A stretch of DNA of 64,000 nt from Eremomyces bilateralis CBS 781.70 (taxonomy: Eukaryota): assembly GCA_010015585.1 (NCBI GenBank), contig ML975152.1; one strand, given 5' to 3'. Shown here piece by piece: positions 25,675-42,200 of the stretch (positions are counted from its first letter, which is position 1; each line of letters begins with the position of its first letter). Made by a program: the position numbers and the translations under genes. Under the pieces are notes generated by a model, which saw only the letters and a program-made list of their open reading frames with translations, did not search any database and was not told the origin of the DNA.

Positions 25675-28095
25675 TCAAAAATTTAAATCCGGAGCCAACC
25701 TCCCTCTCAAATCCTTCTTAATCTCCTCTGCCCCCATCGTCAAAAACTTCCGATCCCTCAACGGATTCGCCGCGACTCTCAAGCTCACCAACGCCTCCAT
25801 CAACCCCACCTCCTCGTCAATAACCCGCAGATCATTCCCGGTGAAGTCCGCGCTCTTCAGCCGTGCCAGCGCCGTGAACCCGCGCGGCAACTCCGTGAGC
25901 TTGTTATCTTCGGCCAGCAGCGCCGTGAGCTGCGGGCAGGCGGCGAGGTCAGGGAGGGCGGTGATGCGGTTGACGGAGAAGTCGAGGGTGGCGAGGGAGG
26001 GAAGGGCGAGGGTTGGGAGGGGAGTGAGGGAGGTGAGGGAGTTGCAGGAGACGACGAGGCGCTCGAGGCGAGGGTGGCCGGGGACGGAGGGGGGGAAGAG
26101 GGTTCCGGCGAGGGAGTTCTTGGTGGCGAGGAGGTCCCGGAGGGGGCAGGATTGGAGGATGGAGAGGGAGAGGGAGGTGAGTTTGTTTTGGGAGACGTCG
26201 AGGATGCGGAGGTGGGTGAGAGATTGCATGGAGTCGGGGAGGGCGGTGAGTTTGTTTCCGCTTAGGTCAAGGGTCTTCAGCGCATGGAGCTGGCCGATTG
26301 ATTCCGGCAGTGTGCCGGACAGGGAGCATTCTGAGAGTTTGAGATCTCGGAGCGGCTTAATTTGGGAGATGACTTCGAAGACGTTGTCGTCCAAATTATT
26401 TCGCGTCTTCACAAAAGAATTAGCGTGTGTTCGATCGATTTAGGATCGTTGACTAGAGGTAGCACTTACTAGATTAAGCGACGTGAGTCTCTCCAACCGC
26501 CGCAGTCCCATCGGCAACGTCCGCAACAGATTCCCATGCAGATCCAACACTTCTATCCCCCCGAATTGAGGCAGATCGACCTCCTCGTTATTGTCGACAT
26601 TCGCCATATCAACATCCGGAAACAGCTCGTCGGGGATGGCTTTCAGATCGTTATCCGCCACGTTGAACCGCGTCAGGTCCACCGCCTCACCCCAGGGAAC
26701 GCTGCTGTCCGCATTGGCCTCGAAATCGTACATCTTCAACACTTCCGGCGGGAACTCCTGCAGGCCCATGGCGATCAGGTTTAAGCGGCCATCCGTGCGA
26801 GCCATGTCGATGCGCCGTTTCAACAATGAGGTGCCGAGTTTCGGGAGCTGGTTGAACGGATCCGATTGCGCGTCCGTAGAGTACCCGGATGCTACGGTCT
26901 TGCTTCCTTGGGTCGACGCTACATCTGACTTCCGCGCCGCCTTTGCCTTCCGGATCTGATCCCTGAGCGCCGCGGACGACTTCGAGGTCTTGTCCGGGGT
27001 GTTCGAGGCGATGTTCTTGGTTGCGGAGAGCTTCGGTACCGGTGGGATTGCGTTGTCTGTCGGTGGGTTGAACATCTCGCTGATTGCGGGACGCGGCTTC
27101 CGCGGGGTCGCACTCATACTCTTACTGCCGTTCAGGATGGGCGGACGTCGAGAAGTAGACGCTCCCGCCCTGTTCGCTGGCAAAGGCGACCCGGTGGGAT
27201 AGTTCAGTTCGGTTCGAGCTGCGGGTCGTATACCCCCTCGCAAAACAGCGGTGTTGAACTTCGTTGTTGGTGTCGTGTTCGTGCTCTTGGCAGCCCTAGT
27301 GGGAAAGTCCAGTTCAGTTCGTGTCGCGGATCTCAACCCTCCTTTCAAAACGGCGGTGTTGAATTTGGCCGTCGGTGTTGTATGCGCACTCTGGACGGTT
27401 CTGGTGCTGAAATTCAATTCGGTTCGCGCAGCGGGTCTCAACCCTCCTTGCAAAACCGCCGTGTTGAACTTCGTTGGGGTGGCATGTGTGCTCCCGGCTG
27501 CCGCTACTCTCGGGCGAAGAGTTTCATCGCTGGTCCCTGGTCGAGATGTCGTCCTTGACGCAGAAGATCCTGGACGCGGAACGGCTAGACTCCCAGCGGG
27601 ATCAAAGAAATTGGACTTCCTCCTACGAATGGGGGATGGGGGGATCAGGGCTAGACTTTCGATGGTGCGGTCAGACAGCGACGGGCGAGGCTTTCGTGCA
27701 GGCCCAGCGGCCTTGTCGGACGGGTTCGTGTGCACGGGAGACCTCTGCGGAGAATAGGTGGAAGTTGGGCTCCTGGAGGAATTGGACCCATCAGATCTCC
27801 TGAGGGGGGCTACAGTTGGATTTCCTTGCTCTTCCTTGGACCGTACTGCACTAGCAGCGGTCGATCTAAGATACCCGGCGGTCTTTGGTTGGTGAGAGGA
27901 TGACTTTAAGAATAGGGGTGGTGGTCGTTCCATTGAAGGTTGTGGTCTTGGTGGATTGACAGCCGGTTGACCGTTCGGATGGGATCCTTGACCAGTCCCA
28001 GGTCGAGTGAACGTCTTTGGAACGGGCAAGCGAGATAGGCGAGGAATTGCAGAAGCCCTTGCAGGGACGGGGGTTGGAAGTGAGGGATTATCCAT
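25675..28095 (-). CDS. Leucine-rich repeat protein with long disordered N-terminus; 2 exons
   Basis: LxxLxLxxNxL repeats in both ORFs, joined by intron 26407-26469. Confidence 0.85.
27195..27490 (-). repeat. About 3 x 105-bp (35-aa) coding tandem repeat in the LRR protein
   Basis: Peptide TPT(x)KFNTAVL(Q/K/R)GG(L/I)R(P/S)A(A/T)RTEL(N/D)(F/Y) three times; DNA anchors at 27206, 27311, 27416. Confidence 0.9.
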
Positions 28096-28757
28096 ATTTA
28101 CGATTCGTTAAGGGTTCAATGACGGTTATAGGATGTTTGTTGTTGATACTAAGGGCTGAACCATTCAAGACAGCCCAGAATGAATAGGGCTGCTTCAAGG
28201 CATAAAATGATATAAGAACGAAGACTTGCCTTGCCTGAAATATCCGGATGTTTATCGTCGGGGTTGATCTGACGATCGTGGTGGAGTGATGATCACGAAG
28301 AACGTCGGATAGGAGACAGGCCGGGGGGAGTCAGGCAGCCAGGCAGTCAGGCACGCATTTGGTTACGGCGGAAACGGCGCTAATCCCCAAACGGCTTGGC
28401 GGAAACACCAAGCGCGCCTTCCCCGCCCAGCCTCCAGCTTCCGCCCCGGCCACCCACTCGAAACATTCCCCAGTCAGGCAGGCACCACCCAACGCCGGCG
28501 CACCACCTGACGCCGCGTCAACCTTCGTTGGACAATTGACTCCAAATCCCACCCACCTTCTCCTCACTCACTCTATATACTCCATACTCTATACTGCATA
28601 CTCCCGCGCATCTCGGCCTTTGGATATTGTCGCATACCTTGGTTATTGTTTATCGTCCTGATCTCTTGCGCGATTTCCAACTCGAGCACCAATTGCGACC
28701 CCACCCACTATCTCCCAATTCCGAATCCAGGTACCGTCGTTATCTGCGCATCCAACC

Positions 28758-30326
28758 ATGGTCTCAACTTCTCCCCCCGACCCGCCTGCGTCCCAGGAAA
28801 GCATCGTCACAGAGTCGGACCTGGGTGAGCCTCTATCGCAACAATCGACATCCTCCAAACTCGATGTCGCGACATTAACCGCGACGTCTCCGCCGCCGAC
28901 GTCGCGAGGGAAGAGAGCGAAGTTCGCGTCGCCCGCTCCGTTCGGGTACTCATTTACGCCTCCTCCGTCTTCTCAAATTGCTCCACCACCCCGAAGAACA
29001 CTGCAAAGGGCATCGTCGAGCGCTACTTCTCAGTTATCGTCTCCTCCGCCCACTATCAAGCCGATGGATGCTCAAGTCGCATCCGACCAGACGCCAACAG
29101 CCGACGATATTGATGCGCTTCCTACCGCCGACTTGCGCGTACTGGCAAAGAACCTATCAGGCAGCCTACGCGAATCACGGACGACCGCAGCGCATTACAA
29201 GCTGCAGTACAACATGCTCTGTCTCGACAGCTCTGAAATCTCGAACCGTATGGCCGTCGAACTAGCCATGGTTCAACGCGAGGTCGACGTGCTGCAAGAA
29301 GCCGAAGAACGGCGTCGCGAAGAAAGCACAAGTCCCCAGCAAGCCCAAAAGTCGTCCGCCGCCACCGTCGCGCTCGTCGATGAGATGACCCAGCAATGCA
29401 CCGTCCTGCGAAATGAGAACGTCGAGCTCCGCGAGCTCCTCAACCAAGAGCGCAAACAGTGCGAGGGCTTCGAGACGCGGACGGCCAGTCTTCAAGAAGA
29501 AAACGACCGACTCCGCACCCGCATCAAGAAGAACCGCGAACACATAAACGGCCTCCTCGACTCCATGAAAGACCACCCCACCTCCTTCTCCGTCTCCACT
29601 ACCCCGCACGATCACCGCTCCACCCCTCGCAACCATCCCCGCCACTCTACCCCCCTCCGCCCCTCCCAAGGCCAACCCTTCGAAGCCCTCCTTCTTGCCG
29701 ACAAAATGCTCTCCCAAGAAACCACCACCACCACCGCCCCCTCCACCCCCCACCGCCGGCCCCCTGCCCACCACCGCGCCTCCCAATCCCTCTCCTCTCT
29801 CCCCTCCCCCCGCCGCGCCCCCCTCCCCCTCCTCCACACCCCTCCCAACCCCTCCTTCCGCCCCGTCTCCCTCGCCCCGCAATCCGCCCCCGAGCGCGCC
29901 TACCGCCGTCGCGCCGGCAGCAGCGACTCGACCATCAGCGCTTCAAGCGACTGCATCGCGGGCGCGACCGACGGCGACGAGGTGCCGGAGTCGCAGGCGT
30001 CGCGCGCGGCGACGAGCATGCTGCGACGGACGCCGGTGCAGTCATTTTCCCGTTCTGCAAAGCTCCCCGGCGTCTCGGGATCCGCAGTGGCGTTCCCATC
30101 GGAGCCCCACCCCGCATCCGGATTGGGGTCGCGCACGTCGGTGTCGCAGCCGTTGGTGCAGGCGAAGTTGTTCGGGCATGTGAAGAAGCCGCGGGGCGAC
30201 GGGGGGTATGGCGGGAAGCGGAAGTTCTACGACTCGGTCCATGAGGCGGCGGAAGGGGCGAGTAAGCGGAGTAGGGGGGATGGGGTGGGGTTGGGGATTG
30301 GGCTTGCTAGGACGCCGCAGGTGTAG
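28758..30326 (+). CDS. Conserved fungal hypothetical coiled-coil protein
   Basis: 522-aa intronless ORF with AAHYKLQYNML coiled-coil block and FEALLLADKML motif. Confidence 0.75.
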   Translation: MVSTSPPDPPASQESIVTESDLGEPLSQQSTSSKLDVATLTATSPPPTSRGKRAKFASPAPFGYSFTPPPSSQIAPPPRRTLQRASSSATSQLSSPPPTIKPMDAQVASDQTPTADDIDALPTADLRVLAKNLSGSLRESRTTAAHYKLQYNMLCLDSSEISNRMAVELAMVQREVDVLQEAEERRREESTSPQQAQKSSAATVALVDEMTQQCTVLRNENVELRELLNQERKQCEGFETRTASLQEENDRLRTRIKKNREHINGLLDSMKDHPTSFSVSTTPHDHRSTPRNHPRHSTPLRPSQGQPFEALLLADKMLSQETTTTTAPSTPHRRPPAHHRASQSLSSLPSPRRAPLPLLHTPPNPSFRPVSLAPQSAPERAYRRRAGSSDSTISASSDCIAGATDGDEVPESQASRAATSMLRRTPVQSFSRSAKLPGVSGSAVAFPSEPHPASGLGSRTSVSQPLVQAKLFGHVKKPRGDGGYGGKRKFYDSVHEAAEGASKRSRGDGVGLGIGLARTPQV

Positions 30327-31298
30327 GACGTTGCTGGTGTATGCACGGCGGTACGGCGAGATCTGTTTGGCTTTCGTCTATGTGGGCTGTGGGATTGGGT
30401 TGGGTTATTTGGGCGATATTTATTCGGGTGGAGGGACAATGGCTTGAAGACATATGGACGATTTTATGAGAGATATGATTGTAATGGAAAGCAAGCTGGA
30501 TGATAGCGCCTGGAAGGGTAACCTGTGGCGTCGTGGTTTTCATGTATATAAATAAGGACACAGAGACATCTCTGGTGTTCCAATTCCACTATAGTAAGTG
30601 AACTGATTTATTATGGAATATACAGTATTTAGAATCCAGTACCTATCAAACAAAGGCAGCGTTGATTTATCCAGTGTCTGGCAAATACATGCAGGAGTAG
30701 TCCATCTAATTATTGTCTCATTGATCGATCATTGATATTCCCAAAGCCACCAGGTATCATCAACGTCACATTCTCATCACGTGCCGCCAGCTCAGCTCCC
30801 CTTTCACTTCGGACCGGAAAAAGTGACGTCCCGGCGCAGGTCCCGCTCGCTCCTTCCCCCCCCGTCCAGCCTGCAAGCCACAGCCTGCGCCACCATCATC
30901 ACCCCAGAACGCCCCCCCCAGAACGACGTCCAGTTCGATCCCAAGTCCCAACATCGAAACGTCGTCAACCCTCCACTCCACTACACTCCAATCCACCGCA
31001 TATCGATCCATCGCCGTCCACCGATCTCATCCGACCATCGCATACGATCCTCGATACAGCGAAGAAGTGGGAGATCCCAATCTCGCTGACTGTCTCCGTG
31101 TCCATATCTGTCTTCGACGACGCAACTGGTCAGCCTGAAAGACATATCAATCCCGTCGTCATCACGAACGCCAGGTCCCTTCGTTGTCGACAGCAGCACT
31201 TGACTGCTACTCCGTGACAACTTGACGACCTATCCGGTCCTGACTTGACTCCTCGAATCCCATATCTCTCCCGAAGCTCCCTTCCCCCATACTCCACC

Positions 31299-32119
31299 AT
31301 GGCAGGCACACGGAACTATGATTTCCTCGTACGTTCCCCCTCCCCTTTCCCCATCACCTCGCCTCCCCCGCCCAACCCTATCTAATTCCTCTCCCCTAGA
31401 TCAAACTCCTCCTCATTGGCGACTCAGGCGTCGGCAAATCCTGCTGCCTGCTGCGCTTCAGCGAGGACTCGTTCACGCCGTCCTTCATCACGACGATCGG
31501 CATCGACTTCAAGATCCGGACGATCGAGCTGGACGGGAAGCGAGTGAAGCTGCAGATCTGGGATACCGCGGGCCAGGAGCGGTTTCGTACCATCACGACG
31601 GCGTATTATCGGGGCGCCATGGGCATTTTGCTGGTGTATGATGTCACGGATGAGCGATCGTTTAACAGTGAGTGGCTGCCTCTCTTTCCTTTCGTCGGGT
31701 CGCTCGGGATATGTGGTGGAGATGTTGTATAGAATTATCCATCTCCCATATGCCTCTGCAGCCCACCCATCCACCCACCCACAACTAACCCCTCCCCACC
31801 AGACATCCGCACCTGGTTCTCCAACGTCGAACAACACGCCACCGAAGGCGTCAACAAGATCCTCATCGGCAATAAATGCGACTGGGAGGAGAAGCGCGCC
31901 GTGTCCACCGAGCAGGGCCAGGCCCTCGCCGACGAGCTCGGCATCCCCTTCCTCGAGGTCAGCGCCAAGAGCAATATCAACATCGAGAAGGCCTTCTACA
32001 GTTTGGCTACGGACATCAAGAAGCGCATCGTCGATACCCAGTCATCAGCGCCGCAGGCGCAGAATGTGGCGATTGGGGAGAAGCAGCAGGGGGGGGGGTT
32101 GGGGAAGAATTGTTGTTAG
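31299..32119 (+). CDS. SEC4: Rab GTPase Sec4/Rab8 (SrgA/Ypt2); 3 exons
   Basis: [74 protein letters not shown]-terminal CC. Confidence 0.96.
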
Positions 32120-32990
32120 GGGAGGAGGGGCTGTGGAGGAGGGAGGTGGATGTTGGGGGGGTAATTACGGTGGGGTATGATACTGTTACCCAGGAAGGGA
32201 GATATCGCGGGGATACGAGAGCAGACATCTAGCCATTCTCGCGACCCGCTGTTTGACTACGACATAGACAGCGACGGTGTCTTTCGCCTCGCTACCACAC
32301 CCTCCCGTCTCTCGCGCCGATTCCGTTGTTTCTCATGCTGTCGACTGCTACTACACCAACACTTCCGGGTCCGGCGTCAAAGAGGTTTTTTCGCCTGACT
32401 TAATTTCATATTTTTCCCTGCATTGGTTCGGCACCCGGGATTTTTATTCACGTTTCCGAGGGTTTCACGCTGCTACTGATTCGCTTTTCATTCGTGTTTT
32501 TTCTTCTCTTTCTTCCGCTTTTGGTTTGCCGGGAAAGAGGCTGTTCTGTGCCAATTTGTGGAGGGATGGATGGATGTGCGAGGTTCGGGTTTCTTGTGCA
32601 TCCTTTTTGGGGGGTGGGGGGGTGCCATTCATAGGTTCGGGATTAGATAGGGGAGGGGAGGGTGTTGTGCATGTGGACATGTAGCATACTGCAACAGCTC
32701 GATTGATTGGCATCTTTGAGGCAATGAGACTAGATGAACGGTTCGCAGGTTGGGTTGAGAATATAGTAGTGGTGTCCTGGTGTTCGTGCTGGTGCTAATA
32801 TTTAAGGAATTGATTCAAGGAAGAGGTCTATCTTCCGAATGACCCATGCTGAGCTAAGAGGAAGGAGTAGAAATCCGAATCGGCCCCAGGGTACACCGTG
32901 TACACCCATAACTGCGAAACATCGTCAAGTAGCATTTCATCCGACATCGAAGCGTATAGCGCCATCCTCCAACTCCCCATCCCAACCCAT

Positions 32991-34336
32991 TCATTTCTTA
33001 ACCCCTTGCACCTCCGCCCTCCTCACCATCGCCACCGCTGACCCCGTCCATTCCCCCCGCTCCTCCCCATCCTGCATCCAAAAATCAGACCTCCCCCACT
33101 CCTCCTCCCGTCCATCCGACCGCCCCCGGCCCCTCCTTGTTGGGTACCCATCCCCGCCGAAGCCTTTAAAGCGGTCGAGGAGGGGGCGGCACGCGGCGAG
33201 GCAGACGGCGGAGAGCCCGAGGCCGGGCTCGACGGCGCTCCAGATGGCGAGGTCGGTGGTGGCGTCTGGAGGGGTTAGTTGAGGTTCGTGGGGGGGGAAG
33301 GGGGCGTACAGAGGAAGTCGAGGGGTTGGTCGACGGAGGCGATGTATGGGATGCGGATGATGGCGGCGGTGCTCGCTCTGTTTCCGTGACGGAGAGTTAG
33401 AGAGATGTTCTAGTTGCGACCGCCTAAACCGGCGTTTTCTGGTCGTTGAGGTTGCTTACATGGCGCCAATGCCCATCAACACCCCCACGGCTATCTTCTT
33501 CTTCCGCCGCATCTGCAGATCCCACAGCATCGCCACCGGGAGCAGCGCGAATGCCCAGTCCGTAGCCGCGGCTATGCTGGCTTGCGCGTACCTGTTGATA
33601 GTCAGAGGGGTACACAGAGTAGGGGACGGGACTTAATGGAAGGAACATACGTCATGCCCTTGTTGATCCCGGCGTCTATACACGTCCCCTTCGCGCCCAT
33701 TAAATGGTTCCAGAAAAACGACGGCGGAAAACACGTGAAAATGGAGATGAACAGATAGGAGACGTTGAAGACGATCTGGATGGTCATGAGGGTATATATA
33801 AACTTGCGATGCACTGTTTGGGCACATCAGCGATGTTTCTCGTAGCGTGGAGGTGGGAATGCGTTAGTCTGCGTACCTTTTTTGACGGCAACGCGAAGGA
33901 GGAATGCAGCGAGTGCGAGGCGGAGGAAGGACGAGTTCAGTACGTAGAATATCTCGCTGAAGTACCAGTCCTGAGGACACGCATATCAGTGCCAGTCGGC
34001 TTCCTCGTCAGCAACGACAAGCATACCTTCAGTCCTTCCCGGATCTGGTCTCTCGATAAATCGGCATGGTGCCGCCCACCACCATGCCCTACGCTATCCA
34101 GCCCGAATCCGCAAAACAAGGTATAGAGGACCTGGAGAGATCACATCGGTTCAATCATCCCCTCGCACTAAGGATGAGTGAGTGGGACCTACCAGAGTCG
34201 CGACAGCAAGCCAGTCATCCAGGGCGAATAATCGGACAATGCGTAGGCGGACATAGCATCGGAGGCTGACGCTGATCCAGGTGAGGGCTAGGAAAGTAGT
34301 GAATATGACGACGACTTGAGGGCCGCGGTCTTCCAT
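32991..34336 (-). CDS. Pth11-like (fungal rhodopsin-domain) integral membrane protein without CFEM; multi-exon
   Basis: MEDRGPQV...VSLRCYVRLRIVRLFALDDWL, FTCFPPSFFW...C, DWAFALLP, IWSAVEPGLG...CRPL. Confidence 0.85.
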
Positions 34337-35800
34337 GGTCAACGTGGGATAGACGAGGTGGTCATGTCATCTTTTAGTGGTCACTGCTCGCGGGATTCCA
34401 GTTCCACACGTCCGTATAGCGCGAAGACGTGGTAGATATGTGGGGGAAACGAGCTTTAACAGATCGACCGACGCAAAATACAGAATTTAGAAGTACGATG
34501 TATGCCATGGAGCATCTGCGAAGGAATGGAGTACGATGTATATTTCAGAGAAACGCGGAGGATGCGGGAAGGAGTTGCAACCCAGAACCCAAAGCGTCGG
34601 ACTCGATGCAATTCATCAGCCCATCCTTCGGCTCGAACCTAGAATCTAGATACATGGACCTTTCGGGGCTGAAAATAGTTCAGGTCGCTTTCATTCTGGG
34701 GTTCGAGACTGGAGTACCTCTGGAGGAAGCCAGAAAACACGACAGGCACCCTGTAGACTGTACATGGTAGGACATGTCCAATTCGATCGAAACGAAGTCT
34801 CAGACCAGCCCAACGCCACAAGCAACGCTCGAAAGACTTGGATAAAAAAGAAGCGAAAGGGAGGATCGACTACCCTGTACTCAGCACGACCCCTACGACT
34901 CCTACGACTTGCAGAAGCGAAGAGAACAATATCAATAGATTGACATAGGACGGATTATGGGAAATGCCGAGTCTATGAGATGCGATATCATGCACGAATC
35001 TCTCGCGAGAACCGTGCCGTCGCTTCATCTGAAACACGGGGATCGGATGAACGCATGCCTAGTTGTCGATGGCGGATATTTATATATCCGCCTGGAAACG
35101 CCCCGGGTTCCCTTGGCTGTTGGGCGGGAGAATCAGTTCATCGTGGTTGATTTGTTGGGGCGCGAAAGGGAGTTGAGGTCGAGATCTGGATTGTCCACTT
35201 GTTGGAGCGGTTTCGCACGTGCAGAGGCTGGGGTCAATGAGGTTGATCAGGGGTATTCTTCCGTCAACCAGACAGGTCCGGACTGGACTCCTGGGTCGAG
35301 AGCACCGGAATCGCGAATCCTAGCCGTTTAATATATCTCCCATTGCATTACATGCTCATACCGGTATGATCAGAACTCATGCTCGAGAACACCGTACCAC
35401 TCCGGTTCGTTGAAGAACAAGTCTGTGCCCTACATCCCTCCCTCGATACATTGGCAAGTGGCATCTAATAACTTCAAGGAAGTACAGGATTCCTGAAATG
35501 CGTATCACCGAAGATGAGAAACGAACACCTGAAAATCGCTTCAGTTCAGTTCATTCACTCCACACCACAGAGGCGCCATCAGTGTGCCGCGGAGCACGAA
35601 TAGATGGACGGGCAAAGAGCAAGTGTATTGAAGCGTTATTCATGTGTCCGCCAAAAACGGACCCTGAGCCATCATGACGGGACCTCTTCCTTGCCAAATA
35701 AGTAGTGCGCAGATCCCGTGGTCGTTGTTCGTTTCCATCTGGTCAGTCCATCAGTCCGTCAATCAGCCAGTCAAGTCAGTCACACCGCTCGGGCGACGTC

Positions 35801-35870
35801 GACATCGTACTCATCCAGGTCCACACCGTGCTTATCCGCGTCGGACTCGTCCACATCGTACTCATCCACA
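35801..35870. repeat. Degenerate 15-bp minisatellite in the SRPK 3' region
   Basis: Minus-strand units GGATGAGTACGATGT, GGACGAGTCCGACGC, GGATAAGCACGGTGT, GGATGAGTACGATGT. Confidence 0.6.
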
Positions 35871-35943
35871 GCAGCGCACGAACACCAGCCCCAACAATCG
35901 CAACCACGCACCGAACCAAACGCATCCGTTCCCCCTCCCTAAA

Positions 35944-38213
<2,270 letters not shown>

Positions 38214-39254
38214 CTAGCCTGGAATCTGGACGGTTGACGAGGTGGAAATGCGGTGATAACAGGGAAACGAAGAGGGGCGGATTTCGATGATGTGCGGAGT
38301 GGCCACTCAGGGCTAGCTAGTGGTGGTATCGGTCGGACATTTGGTGGTGGAATGGGTGGTGGGTTGGATGAGATGGGCCGGTTGGATGGACGATGGGTGT
38401 AGCGGGATGAAAGGGAATTAATCTGGAGAGGAGGTGGATAGATGACGGTGCAAGGCAGGATGGGTTCAGGTCCGAGTGGTGAGAGTGAAGAGTGATGGAG
38501 AAGTCGTAAGTATGAGGAACTGGTTAGACAAGAGAACTGAGAAGGGAAGCTTGCTGGGTCACTTGGTGGGTGGTTCGGACTGCGCGATCGATCGGAAAAC
38601 GGTGCGAACTACGAAACATCTCTCTCCAACTGTCTAACTCGTCCAACAATCCACCGTAAGACGGAACTGAGGGGTTTCAACTTGCTGGAGAGATGCCACT
38701 CTGTTGACGCTTGTGGTGAGGCGCTTCCATTGGGCGGTTAATCGGGTGATGATGTCGACTATCACGACTCAGCCACCATACCACCACTAAGACATTGCGA
38801 ACACACGACCACGGCTGTGAATAATTAATATGTGATGGGTCGCTCAAGGTAGTGCATGGCTGTAAATTCATATATCTAATTCATTGAATTTGTAGTTTTG
38901 CCTTGGGGGATAACAATGACACACTATGCTAAGGATATACGGAATATGTATTATACCGTGTATGTGTTGTACTGCAGCATGCCGTGTCACAGTCACCACT
39001 AGATCATGATCATCATCATCATCGGTACGTACCTTAAGACCTTGTCTACGGAGTACATGGGATTTATATTGTAAGACATCAGGAGAAAATGGGGATTCGA
39101 GCTTGATAATACAAATGGTGCCTGTATTAACCATACTGCTCTATTGTCAGTCATACAAGTACCAGTCCCTATCAATCACCACCACCCTATGACCAAGTAC
39201 TCCATCACCACCACCCCCTATCCCTTCAACGCCTCCACCACCATCCAAAGGATC

Positions 39255-42200
39255 TCATTTCGCAGTGATTGCCGCAATCCACTTCTGCTCATCTTGCCTG
39301 TGAACAATTAGCCATCGCAAACCCCAACATCCCAAACAACCCTAGACTTACCCGTCGAAGTGCAGAATCCTCCCAAGCACTGGCACCATCTGCTTCTGAT
39401 AGTTCTTATCCTTCTGCTCCAAAAACTGCAAGAACACATTCTTCAAATACACATAGTCCATCGCCGCTGCCTCCGCCTTCCCTCCCGCCGGTGACGCGAT
39501 CCGCCCCCGCGATGGCGACGGCGACCCCGCGTGTCCGTGATCGACTGACGCCCGCGACGACCGCCCGCTCGTCTTCAAAGTGACCGCCTGCAACGCCTTC
39601 AGTTCTTCCGCCAGACGCTTTCCCTCCCCCTGCAACCGCTCGCACCGCCCCCTCGCCTCCTCCGCGCTTTTCCTCGCCGCCCCGCGCTCCCGCTCCAGCA
39701 CCCCCGCCTGCCTCTCGCTCTCGTCCAGCGCTTCCCGCAACTGCGCCATCGCCGCACGCACCTGCACCACGTCCTCCGCCGCGCGCGCCGCGCGCTCTTC
39801 TTTCTCTGCCCATGTCGCCCGCTCCCACCCCACCGCCTTCTCTACCGCCTCCCGCGCCTCCTCCGCGCCACGCATCCCCCGCTCCGCGTCCCTTACCCGC
39901 TCTTTTAGCTCCTCTACCTCCCGCGCCCGCCGCCGCCCGATGGTCCCCGCCTGCTCCTCCGCCCGATCGCGCTCCTCCACCGCCATCTCCCACTTCGCCT
40001 TCATCTCGCGCACCCGCGCCTCCGCCCGCCCCTCCACGTCCGCTAGCAGCCGGCGCATCGTCTCGCCCTCGCGCGCCCGCTCGGACAGCAGCCGGTGCGC
40101 GTCGGCGAGCTCCTCCTCGAGGGAATCGCAGCGTGCGGACGTCTCTTTCATCTGCGCGGAGAGCTCGTGCGACTCGGATTCGCGGCTGTTCATGAGGCTT
40201 TGGGCGCTGGCGTATTGGGCGGTTTTGAGGGAGATGTCGTCGCGAAGCGCGGTCGTGTCGGCGGTGAGGTGGGACACTTGGGATTCGAGGCTGGTGATGC
40301 GGTCGCGGGCGGATTTGAGGTCATCTTGGAGACCGTTGGAGGTTTGGGATTGTTTGTCGCGCGCGTCGATGGCGCTGGTGCGCTCGGATTGAGCGCGTTG
40401 GAGCTCGCGTTGCGATTTTCGGTTCGTTTCTTCAATCTCCGAGCGGGATGAGTTGGCTTGCGCCAATTTCTCATTCAACGAGCGGAGCTCGGTGTCTTTG
40501 GACGTTAATCGCTTGGTCAACGCGCTCACCTCGCTCCGGAGCTCTTTCTCCTTCGCTTCCAGGTTCTGTAGTTCCGTGATTTTCAAACCCAACGAACTCT
40601 TGGTTTCACGCAGTTCCGCAACATCTTTCCGCAACGATCGGAGTTCCGGTTGAGCTTTTTGTAGGACATCCCGAAGCTCGGTCAGGTCTTTGAACCGGGC
40701 CGCAGCGAGCTGTTGCGCTGCCTTCAGATCCGTTTCCAGAGTGTCACGTTTCAGTCGAAGATCCTCGAATTCGGCGGCCAAGGATTTCGACTTTTCAGCG
40801 GATTTTTGGCCGGCGGAATGCTCAACCTTAAGCTCAGCGAGTTCCTTCTCGATGGATTGAATTTGCTCCTGGAGAGCGGATTTCTCGGCTCGAAGCTTCT
40901 TGATGTCATCCTTCGCACCGACATATTCGTTACCGATGTCGGACAACTCGTCGCGCAGGTGGTCGATCTCTTCTTGCATATCGTCTTGGTCTTTCAACTT
41001 CTTTAGGATCGTATCCTTTTCTTTCTCGGCTGTTGCTGCTCTTTCCTCGTTGGAAGACACAGCCTGCTCAAGTTCAACCAACTTCTGTTGCGCTTCTTCA
41101 AGTTGCTGCTGCAGAGCACCTGTACTCGACGTCTCGGCTTTGCTTCCGGATTCAGTGGCTGTCGGCGTTGAAGTACCCTTTCCACCTTTCTTTTTCTTCT
41201 TATTTTTCTTGGAGGCAGTCTGGGTCGGACCTTGCTTCTCGCTCCCACCAGTGCTCTTGGACTCTTGCTCTGCAACCGTTTTGCTTCGTTCAAGGTCTTC
41301 GAGGACTTTGGATTTTTCGGCTTCGGCGTCATTGACCCTGCCACGAAGGGTGTCGACCAGATTGTTCAATGTCGTATTACGCTTATCTAATTGACTCTGC
41401 TCACTCCGCAGTTTAGAAAGCTCTTCCTCAAGCTGTGCAATCTGATCTATATCCTCCTTTCGTAAACCTTCGGAGAGTTTGGATGATTCGGAGGATTGAA
41501 GCTCCTTTAGCTTTCGATCCGACTCCGCAAGTTTAGATTGCAACTCATCCACCTGGCGTTGATGTGCCTCGCTGGCGGAATTGCTTTCTTGCAAATCTTC
41601 CTGTGCCTTCTGTAATTTCGACTTCAGGTCCTCGGCGTCAGATTGGATATTGCGCAATTGGCTATCCATCTCTTCCTGGAACTTGACCTTGTCATCTCGC
41701 AAGCTCTGCAAGTCGGTGGTGGCGGTCTCTAAGTTTTGGACTAGTTGTTCCGCCGACTCCTTGGCAACCGCGAGATCTTTGCTGAGTTGCGAGTTGTCCG
41801 ACTTGAGGGTTTCGATTTCTTGTTCCCGTTCTTGGACTTCGGCTTGGAGTCGAGGTACTTCACCCTCGACGGAGAAGAATTCCTCACTTTCAACAATGTC
41901 GGTAGGTCGTTCGGATGTCGAATTGCGAGGGGAAAAAGCATTCATCGCGGAGAAGATTGACTTTGGTGACTTTGCCTGCGACGGCGAGGATGACCGAACG
42001 TCCTTTGCTTCCATCTTCGGGCTTTGTGCGGTTCCGTCGGTAGGCTCCGTCTCGCCGTTCGCCTGATCGGATGCTTGGCTAGTACTAGTTGTTGTCTCCT
42101 TCAGGTGATCTAGGACCTTCTTCGCAGCTTCAGCTTCTTCCTGAGCTTCATCAAGCTTGTGCTTGAGCGATTCGTTCTCTCCCGAAACGCGCTTCAACTC

